DNA from: a virus
Reading direction: 5' to 3' (one strand)
Virus record (IMG/VR): IMGVR_UViG_3300045988_116984
Length of the DNA stretch: 64,000 bases
In this document: positions 27,475 through 37,787 of the stretch, piece after piece
Layout of the letters: every line of letters begins with the position of its first letter
Position numbering within the stretch: the stretch's first letter is position 1
Program-made: the position numbers and the translations under genes
Notes under the pieces: model-generated
What the model was told of the DNA's origin: nothing
The model's input: only the letters and a program-made list of their open reading frames with translations
Databases searched by the model: none

Positions 27475-28041
27475 TTGTGTGCTAAATATGCTTCTCGTGG
27501 CGGTAAAACGTTTATAGACGACGAAGATAAACTGATTGATTATCTCGTTAAAGGGGCTAAAGGTTTTACGACGGCCATTGCTAGAGATACAGCTAAAAGG
27601 CTGAAAAAGAACACGGCTGAATTGGTTTATAAAGATTATAAACCTAAAATGTATAATAGAACAATGGAAATGCTAAACTCCATTGTAGGCCCCGGTTTTA
27701 ATGGAGGCACTCCAACTAGAAAGACAATAGACGGGTTTGAAGCCGAAGTTGGATTTGACTTGGATAGAATTACCCCATATCCGCCAACAAAAACGGAATG
27801 GGGTAAACATTCTACTTGGGACGGAGAGCCATATATTGGAGAACTGATAGAGGGTTTTGAAGAACGAGGGTTCACGTTGTATGGCGGTAAAAATCTTAGT
27901 CATATTATATATGAGCGTGAACCTGTTCATATGATTGAAACAACAATAGAGGAAGTAGAATCAGCATTAAACGGGATAGATAGAGAAGTCCCAGATTTTG
28001 ATATGCTTGAAAATATAATATCTGTAAAACTAGACAGATAA
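27475..28041 (+). CDS. hypothetical tail-module protein
   Basis: TTG start after AAAGGGGTG. 188 aa. No slippery-site frameshift links it to the upstream ORF. Confidence 0.35.
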   Translation: MCAKYASRGGKTFIDDEDKLIDYLVKGAKGFTTAIARDTAKRLKKNTAELVYKDYKPKMYNRTMEMLNSIVGPGFNGGTPTRKTIDGFEAEVGFDLDRITPYPPTKTEWGKHSTWDGEPYIGELIEGFEERGFTLYGGKNLSHIIYEREPVHMIETTIEEVESALNGIDREVPDFDMLENIISVKLDR

Positions 28042-28055
28042 AGGGGTGAGAGATA

Positions 28056-31000
28056 GTGGCAAAACGCATTGATATTCTTTTTGGTTCTAGGATAGATGAA
28101 AGCGGAGCCAAAAAGGATATAGAGAGAATACAAACAATATTTAAGAGTGCTGGACTTAAAATTGTTCCTCAATTTGACAATACAACATTAAAAGAGTTTC
28201 AGAAAAACCTAAAGGTTACAATTGACGAAGCTACTAAGTTAAGAACCCTCACGTCTAGCTTTACACAGGGTGGCATCAAGTACGATATCTCTCAACGCGA
28301 ATCATCACGCGGACAATGGTCGAAACCCGTCGTATCAATGGACTATGAACAGTCTATTGATACTGTTGAGAAAAAGTTAAAGTCTTTATATAGAACCGCT
28401 ATTGAAACGCAGGAAAACATAAACGCTGCGGCTAAGGTTGGCGCGGCCACATATCAAAAGCAGTGGGAAAAATCTCTTTCAGAGATAGAAGCAGAAATTA
28501 AGTCAACGAAAGAGACTCTTGCTACACTTGGATATAACGTTGGTGAAGATAGAGGACTTAACAGACTAAGCGGTAGGCTCGGAACAGCAAAGCTCGAACA
28601 AGATGCTATTGAACAAAAGAAGCTTGCCGACAATCTGGAAGATTCTCTTAATAGACTTATTGTAGCAGAGACAAACCTTGAAAAAGCGCAAGCTTATCAC
28701 AGTAGCAACGAAACGATACAATCACTTCAAGCACAAGTTGACATGTATAGAAAGCAAATTCGTGCTATTGAAGAGGCCACTCATGCTACTGAGGAATTAA
28801 AGCAGAAAGCCAGAGAGGGAATTGAAAGTTCTTCTATAAATGCCAAGGGGTATAGCGCCCGCTCTGGTGAGAAATATGACAACGAGCAGTTAGAGGCATA
28901 TTCTAGAGTTCTAAAAAAAGTAAACAAATATAAGCTTGAACTTGCCGCGACAAACAAAAAAGTCGATTCGAGTAACGACGAAGTAAATCAATCAACTGAG
29001 AAATATATAAATTCTCTCAAAGAAGAAATTAGTAAATTAGAACGACGGCTTGATTTGATGCAGCAGTCGTTTAACACTTCCAATGCGGCGGCAACTGCGG
29101 CTGAAAAACGAGCAGAAGCTGAAAGAGAATGTGCATTAGCGATAGATAAGCTTAACAAAGAGATGGACGATGGTATTAGAACATCGAAAACTTTTGGAGA
29201 AGCTTTAAAAGATGCTTTTGATAATTATATTGGGCCAGCGGCTTTGGCCGATAGGGCAGTAGATTTGCTGGTGGATGGTGCTAAAGAAGCGTATCAGACT
29301 ATCGTAGATTTGAATAAGGCCATGACTGATGTTCAGATGGTTACTGGTGAAAGCGCTGAACAAACGGCTGAATTAGCACATCAATATAGCCAAATGGCCA
29401 AAGAGCTTGGGGCAACCACTACTGAAGTTGCCAATGGAGCGGCGGAATGGCTGAGGCAAGGCAAGAGCGTAGCCGAAACAAACCAGCTTCTTGAATCTTC
29501 AATGATTCTGTCAAAAGTTGGCGCTATCGAATCTTCACAGGCGACAGAGCTTCTTACTTCTACACTTAACGGGTACAAAAAAGAAGCAAATGAAGCAATG
29601 CATGTTGTTGACGCTATGTCGGCGGTTGACTTGGCTGCAGCTACTTCCGTTGAAGAACTTGCTGTTGCCCTCCAAAGTACCGCTAACATGGCTCGTGTTA
29701 ATGGTGTTGGGTTTGAACAACTTCTTGGCATGGTTGGCGCTGTTTCTGAGGCTTCAAGGCGTAGCGCTAGTGTTGTCGGTAACAGCTTCAAAACAATTTT
29801 TTCTCGTCTTACCAACGTTGCTGCTGGTAAAATGACAGACGACTTAGGCGAGCCTCTTAACGACGTTGAACAAGTATTTAACGGGCTTAATATAAAGCTT
29901 AGAGATTCTAGTGGCGAGTTCCGCAACATGTATGATGTTATTAGTGAACTCGCTAATAAGTGGACGAAACTTGACAACGCAGAACAAAGCTGGGTTGCTA
30001 CAAGTGTGGCTGGTACACGTCAGCGTGAGACATTCTTGACATTGATGGAAAACTGGGATAGAGCGGTTACATTGTCAACTACGGCTTTGAATTCCGAAGG
30101 CATGGCTATGGACAAGATGTCGATTTATCTCGAAAGTATCGAAGCGAACCTGAACAAGCTAAAAGCCGCTGTTGAGGACTTGTTGTATAGCGAAGAAATT
30201 GTAAACGTAATCAACCTCGTTATTAAAGCAATAACACGGCTTGTAGAGGGAATATCTTGGCTTATAGATAAGCTTGGAGGAGTCAATTCGGCTGTTTTGG
30301 CTACTGTTGCTATTTTCTTAAAACTTAAAAGTGCTATAAATATAGCTAAAGACACTGAAAAAGTGTCGGGCGCTTTAAAAGTTTTTTCTGAAATTGCTAG
30401 TGGCGGAAATAAAACCATAAAAGTATTAACTTCAACATTTTCTGCGTTTAAAGACGGAGTATTGGCAGGTAAAGATGCCATAAATATAGCTGGTAAAGCT
30501 CTTTGGGCTTCTCCGTTTGTCAAAGTAGCAATTGTATTAGCAGGAATTACAGCTATTGTTGCTGCGTTTGATGCCCTAATAACGACAACAGAAGAATACG
30601 AAGATATACTTGCTGAAACACAGTCTAAGCTTCAAGAAGTAAGTGATAAACGAAATGCTCTTGAGCAAAAAGCCGAAGTTGAGCAACTTACAGAAGCTGA
30701 AAAAGAGTATTTAGAAGTATTAAAGGCTGAAGAAGGTATTCTTGAAGCGCGTGAAAAGCGTGATAGACAGAACGTCTATAATTCTGCGGCAAAAGATGTT
30801 GAGCGTGGCGGCGAAGGGTTCTGGGCGAGAGCCAAAGAGGCGGCATTTATGTCGTCTCAAAACCCTGTCAACGAATTGGGCCTGCCAATTCCAAACAAAG
30901 CTCCGGTTGTTGAATACAACGTAGCCATCGAGGAACTTACTGGCAATATTGAGGAATATAAGGAAGTCACAGACCAACTTAATAACTCAAGTGGAAAGTC

Positions 31001-33122
31001 TCTTGAAGAATACGAGGCATTACAAGAGAGACAACAAGAGTTAAGCCAAGTATTTCTTGAACACATCAAGCGTATATCTGAAGCGAACACTTACGGGTTA
31101 GAACTAACTGACACTGATAAACAACTCGCTGAAATGATGGAGAAGGCTGGAATCACAGCAGAAGCTCTGTCAGAAGCAATGGGCAATGTTGCTAATGAGC
31201 TTGGCGAAACCGGAGATGACTTAGTCAGAATTACATCGGAGGTTTCTGGCTTACAATCCGCTTATGACAACTTAATATCTGTAAACGAAGAAGTAGCAAA
31301 CACTGGAGTTATTTCAATTGAAACTCTTGATGCTCTTGTTTCAAGATATCCAGCACTCAATGATGAAGTAACAAACTATCTTCTTGGACTTGCTTCAACA
31401 GAAGATGTTCTAACAGAATTGAAATTGGCCTATCAGGATGATGAAGCAAATGCCTATGCTAATATCATAAACAAATTGAAAATGCAACAAAACTATTATA
31501 GTTTGTTGTCTACAATGGATTCGGCTTTAATGCAACAATTTGCTGCTGATTATGGTGTTGATATTGGCAATCATGGCACATATGCTCAGTCAAAAGAAAA
31601 GATAGAAACTGATTTACTTCAGAGAATTTCGTCAATGTGGGCACAGTTCTATAAATCACAGGCATTGACGATGGACAACGTTATTAAGGCGGCTAACGGA
31701 GCGTTAAAACCAGATGGCGGCTCACTTTTACCTACTTCAGAGATTAATGCTTTGAAGAACGTTGTAAACTCTTATAACGATGCTATTCAGGGACTTAATA
31801 ACGTATATGATAAATCAATAAAATTAAGGCTTGATGGATATAAACAAATAAGTTCTGCCGCCAAAGACGCAGCAAAATCTAGTGGTTCTGCATCTAAGCA
31901 ACAAAGCGAAGCCGAAAAAGCGTATGATGACTTGTTGCAAATAACAATCAAGATGCTCAAAAAGAAAAAAGAGCTTGAAAAAGAAGCACTTAAAGAGCAG
32001 CTTGAGGGTTATAAAAAAGTTATTGATGCTCAAAAAGATTTACTTGATTTACAGGACGACGAGTATAATCATAAGCGTGAGTTAGAAGAAAAGAACAAAA
32101 CTGTCTCTACTCTTGAATCACAAATTGCTGAACTTCAGTTTGATACGAGTGCTGAGGGCACAAAGAAACGTCTTGAACTCGAAGAAGAACTTGCCGAAGC
32201 CAAGCGTGAACTTGAAGATTATCAACACGATTATTCTATTGACCAGCAAAAAGACGCTCTTGACAGAGAAGAAAGTCGATTTGAAGAATATATCAATAAC
32301 CAAATTGATGAAATTGACGATTATCTTTCTAAGACTGGTGAAATAACTGCTGAAGCTATTAGACTTCTTCAAGAGCATAGTGAGGAAACCCTTAATGCTC
32401 TAATTCAATATAACAGAGCGTATGGGGATTCAATAGACCAGAATATCATTGATTTATGGAACAAAGCCACAGGCGCTGTCAACACATATAAATCTGCTCT
32501 TGATGAGGCGGCCTCCGCAGCAAGCCGATTGGCAGCGGCAAGTGGTGGTGGAAGTTCTGTTTCATTGCCGAGCACTAGCCCTCCTGTTGGTAGCGCTGCC
32601 ATGCGCCCTGCTGGCAAACCGCCTGTTGATACTACGCCGAAATATCTTATTTATAAAACAGGCACAACTACCCCCATTAGTGGCTTTATGACACTAGAGG
32701 AAGCTCAAAGGGTTTGGGGATATATTCCAGACCCAAAAAACTACTATTGGACAAAATTCGTCGGAGCGGCAAAGAAAAACTTAGTATATGCTGTTAAACC
32801 ATATCATACCGGGCTTGATGCTGGATTTGTTGGCAACATCAAAGGTAATGAAGAGTTTGTTAAGGCCCTTAAAGGCGAAGCCTTTATTACCAGAGAGCAA
32901 CAGGACAGATTTATGAATAATATTCTTCCTGATATTGTTTCAAAGACTTCTACATATGGCGGAGCAACTTTTGATAATCTCCTCAATATTAACGTGCAGG
33001 GCAATCTTGATTCTTCTGTTGTTCCTGATATTGAGCGCATATCAAATGATGTATTTAAACGTCTTAACAAGGCAATGTTCCAAGGCGGATATAAACGAAA
33101 CACGAATACTGTTTCAATTTAA
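28056..33122 (+). CDS. tail tape-measure protein
   Basis: 1688 aa, largely coiled coil, with hydrophobic central segments. The core region (...VDLNKAMTDVQMVTGES...AEWLRQGKS...) is typical of TP901-type tape-measure proteins. Confidence 0.85.
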   Translation: MAKRIDILFGSRIDESGAKKDIERIQTIFKSAGLKIVPQFDNTTLKEFQKNLKVTIDEATKLRTLTSSFTQGGIKYDISQRESSRGQWSKPVVSMDYEQSIDTVEKKLKSLYRTAIETQENINAAAKVGAATYQKQWEKSLSEIEAEIKSTKETLATLGYNVGEDRGLNRLSGRLGTAKLEQDAIEQKKLADNLEDSLNRLIVAETNLEKAQAYHSSNETIQSLQAQVDMYRKQIRAIEEATHATEELKQKAREGIESSSINAKGYSARSGEKYDNEQLEAYSRVLKKVNKYKLELAATNKKVDSSNDEVNQSTEKYINSLKEEISKLERRLDLMQQSFNTSNAAATAAEKRAEAERECALAIDKLNKEMDDGIRTSKTFGEALKDAFDNYIGPAALADRAVDLLVDGAKEAYQTIVDLNKAMTDVQMVTGESAEQTAELAHQYSQMAKELGATTTEVANGAAEWLRQGKSVAETNQLLESSMILSKVGAIESSQATELLTSTLNGYKKEANEAMHVVDAMSAVDLAAATSVEELAVALQSTANMARVNGVGFEQLLGMVGAVSEASRRSASVVGNSFKTIFSRLTNVAAGKMTDDLGEPLNDVEQVFNGLNIKLRDSSGEFRNMYDVISELANKWTKLDNAEQSWVATSVAGTRQRETFLTLMENWDRAVTLSTTALNSEGMAMDKMSIYLESIEANLNKLKAAVEDLLYSEEIVNVINLVIKAITRLVEGISWLIDKLGGVNSAVLATVAIFLKLKSAINIAKDTEKVSGALKVFSEIASGGNKTIKVLTSTFSAFKDGVLAGKDAINIAGKALWASPFVKVAIVLAGITAIVAAFDALITTTEEYEDILAETQSKLQEVSDKRNALEQKAEVEQLTEAEKEYLEVLKAEEGILEAREKRDRQNVYNSAAKDVERGGEGFWARAKEAAFMSSQNPVNELGLPIPNKAPVVEYNVAIEELTGNIEEYKEVTDQLNNSSGKSLEEYEALQERQQELSQVFLEHIKRISEANTYGLELTDTDKQLAEMMEKAGITAEALSEAMGNVANELGETGDDLVRITSEVSGLQSAYDNLISVNEEVANTGVISIETLDALVSRYPALNDEVTNYLLGLASTEDVLTELKLAYQDDEANAYANIINKLKMQQNYYSLLSTMDSALMQQFAADYGVDIGNHGTYAQSKEKIETDLLQRISSMWAQFYKSQALTMDNVIKAANGALKPDGGSLLPTSEINALKNVVNSYNDAIQGLNNVYDKSIKLRLDGYKQISSAAKDAAKSSGSASKQQSEAEKAYDDLLQITIKMLKKKKELEKEALKEQLEGYKKVIDAQKDLLDLQDDEYNHKRELEEKNKTVSTLESQIAELQFDTSAEGTKKRLELEEELAEAKRELEDYQHDYSIDQQKDALDREESRFEEYINNQIDEIDDYLSKTGEITAEAIRLLQEHSEETLNALIQYNRAYGDSIDQNIIDLWNKATGAVNTYKSALDEAASAASRLAAASGGGSSVSLPSTSPPVGSAAMRPAGKPPVDTTPKYLIYKTGTTTPISGFMTLEEAQRVWGYIPDPKNYYWTKFVGAAKKNLVYAVKPYHTGLDAGFVGNIKGNEEFVKALKGEAFITREQQDRFMNNILPDIVSKTSTYGGATFDNLLNINVQGNLDSSVVPDIERISNDVFKRLNKAMFQGGYKRNTNTVSI

Positions 33123-33134
33123 GGTGGTGAGTTA

Positions 33135-33923
33135 ATGGCATTTTGGGCACGTTCATTTATATTTGATGATATCCCAAGTGAAACTTACGGCCTGTTTTTA
33201 ATTAGCGAGAGTGGAGCTGGCGTTCTAGAGAACGTCGGCTCCAATTCGGTAGAGCCGTATACACAGGAGATATACAGAAAACCAAAGCCGTATTTCTTCG
33301 GTGTTCAACAAACGCCAGTTCTCACATTTAGTTTGAGCTTCGCTAGTTTAAAACCAGTCGATGCTGTTCAACAGCAAATTATTCAAAGATGGTTGTTTGG
33401 ACACAATTCATATAAAAAGCTTCAAATAATGCAGTGCGACATGGAATCGGTATACTTTAATTGTATACTGAACAATCCAACAGTCACTACTGTTGGGAAC
33501 TATGCTTATACATTTAAGTGTGACGTGGTGTGTGATGCGCCATGGGCTTGGGAATACCCTAAAACAGAATCATTTGGGCCGTTTTTAGTTGAAGGAACGT
33601 TCGATTTTAATAATATTTCGGACGACAACTACTATATGTTCCCTATTTTTACTGTTAAAATGGGGAGCAATTCTAATTCGTTTGAACTGATAAATAAAAC
33701 CGATGGGAATAAAGGTTGTTCCTTTGTGGGGTTAAGTCCAAGCGAAACATTGACAATTGATTCTAATAAATATATAATCACATCAAGCACAGGATTATTG
33801 CGTGTTGGTAATATGACTGGCACTCTGCCAAGACTTGTGCCCGGTATGAATACATTTCAAGTTCTTGGTTCACCTGAAAGCATAACAATAAGTTATCAAA
33901 ACGCAAGGAAAGTAAGCGGATAA
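33135..33923 (+). CDS. distal tail protein (Dit-like)
   Basis: It lies immediately after the tape-measure gene. The N-terminus SFIFDDIPSETYGLFL is typical of siphovirus tail-component proteins. Confidence 0.55.
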   Translation: MAFWARSFIFDDIPSETYGLFLISESGAGVLENVGSNSVEPYTQEIYRKPKPYFFGVQQTPVLTFSLSFASLKPVDAVQQQIIQRWLFGHNSYKKLQIMQCDMESVYFNCILNNPTVTTVGNYAYTFKCDVVCDAPWAWEYPKTESFGPFLVEGTFDFNNISDDNYYMFPIFTVKMGSNSNSFELINKTDGNKGCSFVGLSPSETLTIDSNKYIITSSTGLLRVGNMTGTLPRLVPGMNTFQVLGSPESITISYQNARKVSG

Positions 33924-33941
33924 AACGGAAAGGAGGATATA

Positions 33942-36605
33942 ATGTTACAAAAGTTTAATTATTTCGGAGAACATGAAGATTATGTAATCAGATTGTGTAA
34001 TCCGAATAAACAACAAATCTGTTTCTTAAATCAAGGATATCAACAGGAACTGTCTTTGAGATTTAATGAAATGTCAGAGTTCCACATCACTATTCCATAT
34101 ATGACAGATGGAGAAATATTCCCATATTATGACAGAATAAAGAGCAAAAAACTTATTTTGATTGATGATATTGGGTATTTTCTAATCACAACTGTTGATG
34201 AAACAGATGATGGTATTGTCAAACAAAAGACTGTAACAGCATATTCTTTAGAAACGGAACTTGCGTTTAAAAAAATAAACATATTTGATGGTACGTATAA
34301 GTTCTATGACCCTATTAACGCAGACAACACACTTATGGGCAAGATTCTGTCAACATCCAACTGGACAATTGGGCAGATAGACCCTGACTTATGGAATGTT
34401 TATAGGACTTTTGAGATACCGGATAGTACAGTATATGAATTTTTAATGAATGATGTCGAAACGTCTTATGAATGCGTATTTATGTTTGACTCTTTTGCTA
34501 GGACAGTTTCGGCATATACATTGAAAAACCTAGTAAAGAATACTGATATTATACTAAGTTACAATAATCTGATTCAAAATATTGACATTAATGAAAAATC
34601 AGATGAAATTGTTACGGCTTTAAGCGTATATGGCGGTAATAATCTTGGTATATCGGCTGTAAATCCATTGGGCACAAACACAATCTATGATTTTAGTTAT
34701 TTTGCCACAACAGAATGGATGGACCAAGCCTTAATCAATGCTATTAAAGCCTGGGAGGCCGCAATAGCAGCACAACAAACAAGATATTCTAACCTTTTAA
34801 CTCAATACAAAGATAAAAACACCGAGATAGTGACAGCCAATTCTACTTTAGTAGACTCAAAGACTGACAGAGACGCTATTGAGGGCGTTGTAAAGGTTAT
34901 GATAGAGGGAGATTTGAAGAATACTCCCGAATACACAGCCAAGGTTAATGAGCTTAATGCCGCCAATGCAGCCGTAACAGCACAAGAAAATCATATAAAT
35001 GATTTAAAAACACAGCTTGAAGTTATAAACTCTGATTTAAAAGCAATCAATGAATCTTTGGCTTTCTCTAAATTCTTCACGGAAGAACAGTACGAAGAAC
35101 TCAAAACCTATATGGTTGAGAATACATATCAAAATGAAAGTTTTACTATAACATCAGAAATGACGAATAGTGAAATCCAAGATATGGCACAATCTCTGTA
35201 TAATCAGGGCAAATATGTACTTGAAAGAGTATCACAGCCACGTTTTGAGTTCACAGTTGAAAGTGTAAACTTTTTATTCTTAAAGGACTTTGAAAAATTT
35301 AGTCAACAGTTGGAACTTGGATGTATTATTAACATAGAGAAAGACGAAGCTGTGTATGTCAAGCCAGTATTACTTGAATTGAATGTACAGCTTGATGACC
35401 CAACGAATTTTTCTCTTGTATTCGGCAATAGATATAAGCTTGATAATGGCGAATATACTTTCAGAGATTTGTTCGGTGATGCTATTAAGGCTGGTTCAAG
35501 CGTTAAATTTGACGGCGCTAAGTGGGGAGAATATGTCAATAGTGGAATGAATAACGCTGTTAGTGACTTTATTAACTCCGCCTTAGACACTTCAAAGAAT
35601 AATGTTATCAATGCCACAAATCAAGAGATATTGATAAATCAAAACGGATTGCGTGGACGTACCATGATGGATAATGGTACATACAATCCAAACCAAGTAT
35701 GGCTTACATCCAACACTCTTGCTTTTACGTCAGATAACTGGCAAACTGTACGACTTGCTCTTGGCGAAATAGATTTAAACGGACAAAAGATTTTTGGTGT
35801 TGCTGGTGATGCTTTGGTTGGTAAAATTATCGCTGGTAATCAGCTTATTATATCCAACGACAACAACAACTTTACATTGGACAGCAATGGTGCTGTACTG
35901 AACAATGCTAGTTTTTCTATTGTTTCTAATAACGGGTTAAGTCAAATACAACTAAACCCGACACAAGGCATTAGTATACAAACAAGGGCGAACACAAGCG
36001 CTGCTTGGGCTAATCAATTTTACGTTGATGCGCAAGGCAATCTTGTTATTAACGGCAAAATCACAGCTAATAGCGGTACAATTGGTGGATGGCAAATTGA
36101 TTCTACCAGATTATATAACTCTGCTAATGGTGACTACATTGGCTCAAATGGATATGGTAAACTTAGTTTGCTTTCGTGGACACCAACATCGGCTACATTT
36201 AACGGCAGAATTTACGCTTCAAATCTTGGTGACCAAATTAAAACGGGCAATATTCAAGATGGCGCTGTAACGTCGGCAAAGCTAGATACTCTATATGCTA
36301 CCAAGGCATTTGTTGATGAAATGAACGTTGAACTGGCTAACGTACATACGCTTGCGGCAAATGCGGCTACAATTCAACAGTTAAATGCCACAAATGCTAC
36401 AATTGCTAATCTTGACCTTACAAATTTGAAATTTCAAGGGCGTTCAGCGAGCTGGACTCAGACGCCAATCGTGTATGATTTGAATGTGACTAATACGCTT
36501 GTCATAACATCGGTTGATTTTAAGAATCAAACATATACATCAGCAAATATAACTGGTATTCGTAACTTCTATAAAACAAGCGGAATGTGGGTTATTAGTG
36601 GTTGA
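33942..36605 (+). CDS. tail-tip / tail-associated (Tal-like) minor structural protein whose last ~54 aa have an inverted silent alternative downstream
   Basis: 887 aa in the position after Dit. The central part is coiled coil and the C-terminal part is beta-rich, ending ...NLKFQGRSASW...SGMWVISG. Confidence 0.6.
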   Translation: MLQKFNYFGEHEDYVIRLCNPNKQQICFLNQGYQQELSLRFNEMSEFHITIPYMTDGEIFPYYDRIKSKKLILIDDIGYFLITTVDETDDGIVKQKTVTAYSLETELAFKKINIFDGTYKFYDPINADNTLMGKILSTSNWTIGQIDPDLWNVYRTFEIPDSTVYEFLMNDVETSYECVFMFDSFARTVSAYTLKNLVKNTDIILSYNNLIQNIDINEKSDEIVTALSVYGGNNLGISAVNPLGTNTIYDFSYFATTEWMDQALINAIKAWEAAIAAQQTRYSNLLTQYKDKNTEIVTANSTLVDSKTDRDAIEGVVKVMIEGDLKNTPEYTAKVNELNAANAAVTAQENHINDLKTQLEVINSDLKAINESLAFSKFFTEEQYEELKTYMVENTYQNESFTITSEMTNSEIQDMAQSLYNQGKYVLERVSQPRFEFTVESVNFLFLKDFEKFSQQLELGCIINIEKDEAVYVKPVLLELNVQLDDPTNFSLVFGNRYKLDNGEYTFRDLFGDAIKAGSSVKFDGAKWGEYVNSGMNNAVSDFINSALDTSKNNVINATNQEILINQNGLRGRTMMDNGTYNPNQVWLTSNTLAFTSDNWQTVRLALGEIDLNGQKIFGVAGDALVGKIIAGNQLIISNDNNNFTLDSNGAVLNNASFSIVSNNGLSQIQLNPTQGISIQTRANTSAAWANQFYVDAQGNLVINGKITANSGTIGGWQIDSTRLYNSANGDYIGSNGYGKLSLLSWTPTSATFNGRIYASNLGDQIKTGNIQDGAVTSAKLDTLYATKAFVDEMNVELANVHTLAANAATIQQLNATNATIANLDLTNLKFQGRSASWTQTPIVYDLNVTNTLVITSVDFKNQTYTSANITGIRNFYKTSGMWVISG
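36426..36439. repeat. left inverted repeat (candidate recombination site) inside the tail-tip gene
   Basis: TTGAAATTTCAAGG, codon-aligned as L-K-F-Q-G. Its partner lies at 36776-36790. Confidence 0.6.
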
Positions 36606-36627
36606 TATTAAATTAACCACTAATAAC
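36591..36627. repeat. 13-bp perfect inverted repeat formed by the two convergent cassette ends
   Basis: GTTATTAGTGGTT-(11 nt)-AACCACTAATAAC. Both arms encode V-I-S-G followed by a stop. Confidence 0.8.
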
Positions 36628-36786
36628 ATAACCAGAGCTACCATATGTAAGCCCAACTACTACTTTTTCTTCGGAATATGTTGGAGTTCCTCCAGAACTA
36701 ATACTTGAAACATATCTAATTGTGTGAGTTTGTATACCGGTTACAAACGTTGAGTATCTCCAACTAGCAGCTATACCTTGAAAATT
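36616..36786 (-). other. silent alternative C-terminal cassette for the tail-tip protein (no start codon, no RBS)
   Basis: Hand translation of the minus strand gives (TGA)NFQGIAASWRYSTFVTGIQTHTIRYVSSISSGGTPTYSEEKVVVGLTYGSSGYVISG(TAA). That is 57 codons, preceded by an in-frame stop, with no ATG/GTG/TTG plus RBS. Confidence 0.6.
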
Positions 36787-36790
36787 TCAA
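36776..36790. repeat. right inverted repeat (candidate recombination site)
   Basis: CCTTGAAAATTTCAA is the reverse complement TTGAAATTTTCAAGG. It matches the left repeat except for one extra T. Confidence 0.6.
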
Positions 36791-36824
36791 TTTTATTGAC
36801 TATATAAAAGGAGTAAACGGAAAA

Positions 36825-36992
36825 ATGAAAGAAAAATTACAATCTATTTATAATGCCTTGAATACTATTCAAGTTAGTGGTAAAACAAACTGTGCTATTG
36901 TAGCTGGCGTTATGAATGTTATCGAAGAATTATTCGTAGAATGCGAAAACTATCAACCTGTAAAACAGGAAGAAGGGAATACTGATGGCTAA
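36825..36992 (+). CDS. small hypothetical protein (55 aa)
   Basis: Below the ORF-track cutoff. AAAGGAG RBS at 36807-36813. Translation is MKEKLQSIYNALNTIQVSGKTNCAIVAGVMNVIEELFVECENYQPVKQEEGNTDG. ATGGCTAA overlap with the next ORF. Confidence 0.5.
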   Translation: MKEKLQSIYNALNTIQVSGKTNCAIVAGVMNVIEELFVECENYQPVKQEEGNTDG

Positions 36993-37344
36993 TGGCATAT
37001 TTTGCTACGAGGTAAATCAGCTTGGCGAATTTGCAATGATTGCCGGTACATCTGAAACTCTTGAATTTTACTATTATTACTCGGATGGCACACCATTCAA
37101 TTTAGAAAGTTCAACAGCGAGATGGAGATTGTGTCGTGTTGGACAACCAGATGTCGCCGTTTTAGATTTGCCCTGTGATATATTTAGCGGTAATGGTGTT
37201 GTTGTAAAACTTGGCAGTGCTCATACACAGAACCTTTCAGGGAAATATATACAACAGCCTGTACTTATAGATTATTCTGGAGAAGAATACGCTTTTCAAC
37301 AGGGCGTTATTACATTTATTCCAAAGATTAGGCCAACAACATAA
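36985..37344 (+). CDS. hypothetical tail-fibre-module protein
   Basis: 119-aa coupled ORF. Confidence 0.4.
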   Translation: MANGIFCYEVNQLGEFAMIAGTSETLEFYYYYSDGTPFNLESSTARWRLCRVGQPDVAVLDLPCDIFSGNGVVVKLGSAHTQNLSGKYIQQPVLIDYSGEEYAFQQGVITFIPKIRPTT

Positions 37345-37347
37345 GGA

Positions 37348-37764
37348 GTGATTTCTTTGGCTATTACTACATATCAGGCTAATAAGCTGAACGATTTTTT
37401 ATTTGGCGGAACGTCATTTACTCCGAGTGGTACATACTATCTCGGACTTTCAACAACAGCAATTAACGCTAATGGTGGCGGAGCAACTGAACCCGCTGGC
37501 GGCGGATATGCTAGAGTTGCTGTTACAAACAACAAGACTAATTTTACAACGTCGTCTGGTGGCATTGTCCAAAATAATACACAGTTTGAGTTCCCAGAAA
37601 GCACAACTGCTTGGGGAACAATTACACATGTATTCATTGCGGATTCTGGTACAATTGGCGGCGGAAATATTTTGTATTACGACGCTTTGACGAATCCTAG
37701 AACTGTGCAAACTGCTACAATCTTATTGTTTGCTATTAATTCTATGAAAATTCAGCTCGTCTAA
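37348..37764 (+). CDS. hypothetical tail protein (LNDFLFGG...GGGYARVAV family-like)
   Basis: The pattern L..l.g......p...YlGLst......g...E....gYaRvav...f resembles a widespread phage minor-tail family. The true start may be the TTG at 37357, because the AGGAG RBS ends at 37347. Confidence 0.45.
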   Translation: MISLAITTYQANKLNDFLFGGTSFTPSGTYYLGLSTTAINANGGGATEPAGGGYARVAVTNNKTNFTTSSGGIVQNNTQFEFPESTTAWGTITHVFIADSGTIGGGNILYYDALTNPRTVQTATILLFAINSMKIQLV

Positions 37765-37787
37765 TACATGAAAGGCGGGGCGATTAA

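Noticed and set aside
26863-28041. Programmed -1 frameshift between the two ORFs upstream of the tape-measure gene.
   Set aside because: The ORFs are separated by a stop codon plus a 21-nt spacer with its own RBS. No overlapping frame or slippery heptamer is visible.
36591-36627. 13-bp perfect inverted repeat after the tail-tip gene, read as a simple terminator.
   Set aside because: There is no T-tract. The two arms are explained by both convergent cassettes ending in the same V-I-S-G-stop codons. It may still pause transcription, but that is secondary to the cassette arrangement.
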